A DNA stretch of 30,190 bases. Source: Chloroflexota bacterium. Lineage in GTDB: Bacteria; Chloroflexota; Limnocylindria; Limnocylindrales; CSP1-4. The DNA lies in NCBI GenBank assembly GCA_037140135.1, contig JBAXFC010000001.1, positions 1-30,190 of the forward strand, given 5' to 3'. The position numbers and the translations under genes were made by a program. This document shows, in pieces, positions 26,811-30,190 of the stretch (its first letter is position 1; every line of letters starts with the position of its first letter). The notes under the pieces are model-generated. The model ran no database searches. It had not been told where the DNA came from and saw only the letters and a program-made list of their open reading frames with translations.

Positions 26811-27320
26811 ATGCACGGCCGTTCCGCCGCCCTGATCGCGGCGCTCCTCCTGGCGTTGCCGGTGGCCGCCTGCAATGCGCGCCCGGACGACCTCCGGGAA
26901 CGGGCGAGCCAGAACGCCCTGTCCGAGCAGTCGCCGGCCATCGCGGACGAGTCACCGCTTGGCAGCGACCCCCTGGCGCCCGGGAGCGCCGACCCGTCGA
27001 TCCCCCAGGTCACGTCCGACATCCGTGAGCTCGCAGCCGATGTGCCGATCGACGACGAGGGCAAGGTGACCTGCCCGGCCACCCTGACGTTGATGTTCAT
27101 CAAGGGCGGTGACGCCGCGGGCGGTCCCCTGGCGATCGCGTCGCTGTCGGCCACCTGCACGGATCGGGCGCTGATGCCCATCGATGCCTCGGGCCGGTTC
27201 GACGGATCGTCTTTCGAGTTCAAGCAGGGCCAGCGATCCTGGTCGGGGACGATCGCCGACGGCACGGTCACCATCACGGGCGGACCGGGCAACAAGTCGT
27301 ACGTGTTCGCGGCCCCCTGA
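26811..27320 (+). CDS. Hypothetical lipoprotein
   Basis: Signal peptide with lipobox VAAC; beta-rich C-terminal domain with two Cys. Confidence 0.8.
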   Translation: MHGRSAALIAALLLALPVAACNARPDDLRERASQNALSEQSPAIADESPLGSDPLAPGSADPSIPQVTSDIRELAADVPIDDEGKVTCPATLTLMFIKGGDAAGGPLAIASLSATCTDRALMPIDASGRFDGSSFEFKQGQRSWSGTIADGTVTITGGPGNKSYVFAAP

Positions 27321-27383
27321 CCGACGAGGGGTGGAGCGAGCGCCCCGGTGACAACCGGGTCCGGGTCTGGTCAACTACGGACC

Positions 27384-28841
27384 ATGACCACCGAGCCGCG
27401 CCCCGCTCCAGCCAACCCTGACGAGAACGCCACCGGCGCGACGCTGCGCCTGGCCGCCGAGCACGCCGCCGCCTACCTCGAAAGCATCGGTGAACGGCCT
27501 GTGCGGGCGACCGCAACGCGGGAGGAGCTGCTCGCGGCGTTCGGCGGGCCGCTCCCCGAAGAGGGGGTGCCGGGCGGGGATGTCGTGGAGCACCTGGTCC
27601 GGGCGGCCGAGCCCGGGCTCGTCGCGATCCCGGGACCGCGCTACTTCGGCTTCGTGATCGGCGGGTCGGTGCCGTCGTCGCTGGCAGCGGACTGGCTGGC
27701 AGCCACCTGGGACCAGAACGCCGGCGTCTACGCGGCGGGGCCGTCAGCGAGCGTGGTCGAGGAGGTGGTCGGCGGCTGGCTGCTCGAGCTCTTCGGGCTG
27801 CCGGCGGGCACCGGGTTCGGCTTCACCACCGGCTGCCAGATGGCGCACTTCACCTGTCTCGCGGCCGCGCGGCACCGTGTGCTGGCCAACACCGGCTGGA
27901 ACGTCGAGGAGGATGGCCTCGTCGGCTCGCCCCGGATCGACGTGCTCGTCTCCGAGGAGGCGCACGCCACCGTCCCCACCGCGCTCCAGTACCTGGGCCT
28001 GGGCCGGTCGCGGACGACCGCCGTGGCAACCGATGGGCAGGGGCGGATCCTGCTCGACTCCCTCGCCGAGCGGCTGCCAACGGGCACCGAGCCGCTGATC
28101 GTCGTGCTCCAGGCCGGCAACGTGAACACCGGCGCCTTCGACCCGCTCGCGCCGGCCATCGCCCTGATCCGCGAGCGCCGGCCGGACGCCTGGATCCACG
28201 TGGACGGCGCCTTCGGGATGTGGGCCGCGGCCTCGCCGACGCTCCGGCCTCTCGCAACGGGCATCGAGCTTGCCGACTCCTGGGCCACCGATGGCCACAA
28301 GGCGCTCAACGTCCCGTATGACTCGGGCATCGCCTTCGTGCGCGACGCGGACGCCCATGTGCACGCGCTCTCGCCCAAGAGCGCCTCGTACATCATCTAC
28401 AGCGACACCGAGCGAGACGAGTTCCGCTGGGTGCCCGAGTACTCGCGCCGGGCGCGCGGCTTCGCGGCGTGGGCGGCGTTCCGTGAGCTCGGCCGGACAG
28501 GGATCGCCCAGCTCATCGAGCGGCAGGTGGCGCTGGCCGGGCGGTTCGGGGCGGCGCTCCGGGCTGCTGGCGCCGATGCCGGAATCGAGGTCCTCAACGA
28601 CGTCGTGTTCAACCAGGTGCTCGTCCGGTTCCCGTCCGCGGACGGGGATGCGGCCGCGTCCGATGCGCGCACCCGCGCGGTGGTGGCCGGCGTCCAGGAC
28701 GACGGGACCTGCTGGCTGTCGGGCACGACGTGGCACGGCATGGCCGCGATGCGGATCTCGGTCTCCAACTGGTCCACCACCGAGGCCGACGTGGACCGCT
28801 CCGTCGAGGCGATCATCCGGATCGCCCGCGCCACGCGGTAG
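27384..28841 (+). CDS. Group II PLP-dependent decarboxylase (aromatic amino acid/glutamate decarboxylase-like)
   Basis: PRYFGFVIGG, GFTTGCQMA, WIHVDGAFG, PLP-lysine motif ADSWATDGHK. Confidence 0.9.
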   Translation: MTTEPRPAPANPDENATGATLRLAAEHAAAYLESIGERPVRATATREELLAAFGGPLPEEGVPGGDVVEHLVRAAEPGLVAIPGPRYFGFVIGGSVPSSLAADWLAATWDQNAGVYAAGPSASVVEEVVGGWLLELFGLPAGTGFGFTTGCQMAHFTCLAAARHRVLANTGWNVEEDGLVGSPRIDVLVSEEAHATVPTALQYLGLGRSRTTAVATDGQGRILLDSLAERLPTGTEPLIVVLQAGNVNTGAFDPLAPAIALIRERRPDAWIHVDGAFGMWAAASPTLRPLATGIELADSWATDGHKALNVPYDSGIAFVRDADAHVHALSPKSASYIIYSDTERDEFRWVPEYSRRARGFAAWAAFRELGRTGIAQLIERQVALAGRFGAALRAAGADAGIEVLNDVVFNQVLVRFPSADGDAAASDARTRAVVAGVQDDGTCWLSGTTWHGMAAMRISVSNWSTTEADVDRSVEAIIRIARATR

Positions 28842-28867
28842 CGGCCGGCTCGCGATCGGGGGCTGCA

Positions 28868-29545
28868 ATGCGCTTCGAGGAGGCGGTCCGGCGCCTGGCC
28901 GTGCTGCCCGACGTCCTGCCCGAGGGCCCGCCTGAGCTCCTCCCGATCTTCGTCGAGACCGGCGAGCCGCGCCCGCGTCCCGGCTGGGGCACCGCCGAGC
29001 GCGACGCGCGCCCCGCCGCCGTCCTCGTCCTGCTCTTTGCCGACGACGCCGGCGACGCCCGCCTGGTCCTCACCGAGCGCACCGACCGCGGCGGGCACCA
29101 CAGCGGCGAGGTCTCGTTCCCCGGTGGTCGAGCCGAGCCCGGCGATGCGGACCTGGTCGCCACCGCCCTGCGCGAGGCCCGCGAGGAGGTGGGTCTGGAC
29201 GCAGGCGCGGCCGGGGTCCGCGTGCTCGGGACGCTGTCGATGCAGTGGATCCCGGTCTCCAACTTCACGGTCACGCCGGTCCTCGCGGTCGCGGAGCGGC
29301 GCCCCCTGATGACCCCGCAGCCTTCCGAGGTGGCCGCCATCCTCGAGGCACCGGTGGCAGCGTTCATCCCCGGGGCCCCGCTGCTCGACGTGGAGCGCGA
29401 GATCCGGGGCCACGCCATCCGCTACGCCGCCTACCCCGTCGAGGGACTCGCCGTCTGGGGGATGACCGCGCGCGTCCTCGGCGGCCTTGGGGCGTGGCTC
29501 GGCCGCGAGATGGAGGGGGGCCCCGGGATGCGCACCGACCCGTGA
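28868..29545 (+). CDS. Nudix hydrolase, CoA pyrophosphatase (NudL/Pcd1) type
   Basis: AAVLVLL, LTER...HSGEVSFPGG, Nudix box ATALREAREEVGL, VWGMTA. Confidence 0.9.
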   Translation: MRFEEAVRRLAVLPDVLPEGPPELLPIFVETGEPRPRPGWGTAERDARPAAVLVLLFADDAGDARLVLTERTDRGGHHSGEVSFPGGRAEPGDADLVATALREAREEVGLDAGAAGVRVLGTLSMQWIPVSNFTVTPVLAVAERRPLMTPQPSEVAAILEAPVAAFIPGAPLLDVEREIRGHAIRYAAYPVEGLAVWGMTARVLGGLGAWLGREMEGGPGMRTDP

Positions 29546-29566
29546 CCCTCTGCCGGCCGGCTGCGC

Positions 29567-30016
29567 TCAGGCAGCGAGGTCGGCAGCCACCCCGCCGGTG
29601 TTCGAGAACAGCTGCTCGAGGTCGAGCAGGATGATCATCTGGTCATCGAGCTTCGCCACGCCGCGGACATAGGCCGTGTCGATCCCGACCGCGATCTCGG
29701 GGGTCGGCTCCACGGCGTCGGCAGGGACCATCAGGACCTCGGAGACGGCGTCCACGATCAAGCCGACATGCCGCGAGCCGGCGTCGCAGACGACGATCCG
29801 GGACGAACCGCTCGCGTCGGAGGGCGCAAGGCCGAACCGCGTGCGCAGGTCCACGATCGGGATGATCCGGCCGCGCAGGTTGATGACGCCCTCGACGGCC
29901 ACGGGTGCCTGGGGGACGGCGGTGATGGGCTGGTAGCGGATGATCTCGTACACGGCCGAGATCTCCAGTCCGTAGCGCTCGTCGTTGAGCGCGAAGACGA
30001 CGATCTGGGTGTCCAT
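29567..30016 (-). CDS. cheW: Chemotaxis coupling protein CheW
   Basis: QIVVFAL..ERYGLEI..V.EII, GVINLRGRIIPIVDL, GLIVDAVSEV. Confidence 0.93.
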   Translation of the reverse strand: MDTQIVVFALNDERYGLEISAVYEIIRYQPITAVPQAPVAVEGVINLRGRIIPIVDLRTRFGLAPSDASGSSRIVVCDAGSRHVGLIVDAVSEVLMVPADAVEPTPEIAVGIDTAYVRGVAKLDDQMIILLDLEQLFSNTGGVAADLAA

Positions 30017-30090
30017 GGCGGCGGCTCCGGTGCGGATTGGTCGGGGCGGGGGGCGCAAGGTTGGCCTCCCTGCGCCCCTCATGTGGTTGA

Positions 30091-30115
30091 CCTCCCCGGG
30101 CGGAGCCCGGGGAGG
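30091..30115. terminator. Perfect 11-bp GC stem-loop upstream of cheW
   Basis: CCTCCCCGGGC-gga-GCCCGGGGAGG. Confidence 0.55.
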
Positions 30116-30154
30116 CGGGATGGGACGGGGCGGGACGGGGCGCTCGTCCCGGCG

Positions 30155-30190
30155 CTAGGCGGCCCGGGTCCAGTCCTCCTGGCGCCGGCG
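30155..30190 (-). CDS. Probable 3' end of an upstream gene entering from the right edge (RRRQEDWTRAA*), possibly a chemoreceptor
   Basis: TAG at 30157-30155 closing an open frame; same strand as and upstream of cheW; only 11 codons visible. Confidence 0.35.
   Translation of the reverse strand, partial: RRRQEDWTRAA

Noticed and set aside
24431-27320. Mobile element or prophage boundary around the vanZ/TA block
   Set aside because: No integrase, transposase, tRNA or clear flanking direct repeats; only an impression of weaker codon bias.

Overview
High-GC bacterial chromosomal window, mostly core genes; the taxon cannot be fixed from sequence alone, but the gene style fits a Chloroflexota/Actinomycetota-like organism (inference). 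Left to right: (1) a minus-strand GNAT gene and a NYN/LabA-domain nuclease gene with a very long RG/acidic disordered tail that runs off the left edge and is missing from the supplied ORF track; (2) a livKHMGF-type ABC transporter whose LivG ATPase carries a 75-aa two-helix hydrophobic insertion; (3) two hypothetical membrane proteins, hpt and a PD-(D/E)XK-like gene, divergent from csoR with its operator palindrome; (4) two inverted DnaA boxes, a sigma70 promoter and a structured RNA candidate ahead of rsmG; (5) a metallophosphoesterase-KimA-like permease-USP-trkA-trkA potassium module with no TrkH; (6) an hspR-lon-dnaJ(class B)-clpB proteostasis cluster with a HAIR-like operator and a possible leader ORF; (7) a ~180-nt highly structured intergenic element; (8) vanZ, a phd/vapC toxin-antitoxin pair, two hypothetical genes, a PLP decarboxylase, a Nudix CoA pyrophosphatase and cheW. 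No rRNA, tRNA, CRISPR array or transposase was found. Best leads: the NYN protein with an RNase E-like tail, the membrane-inserted LivG, and the two RNA candidates (11313-11450 and 24462-24640). All structures were paired by eye, not computed.
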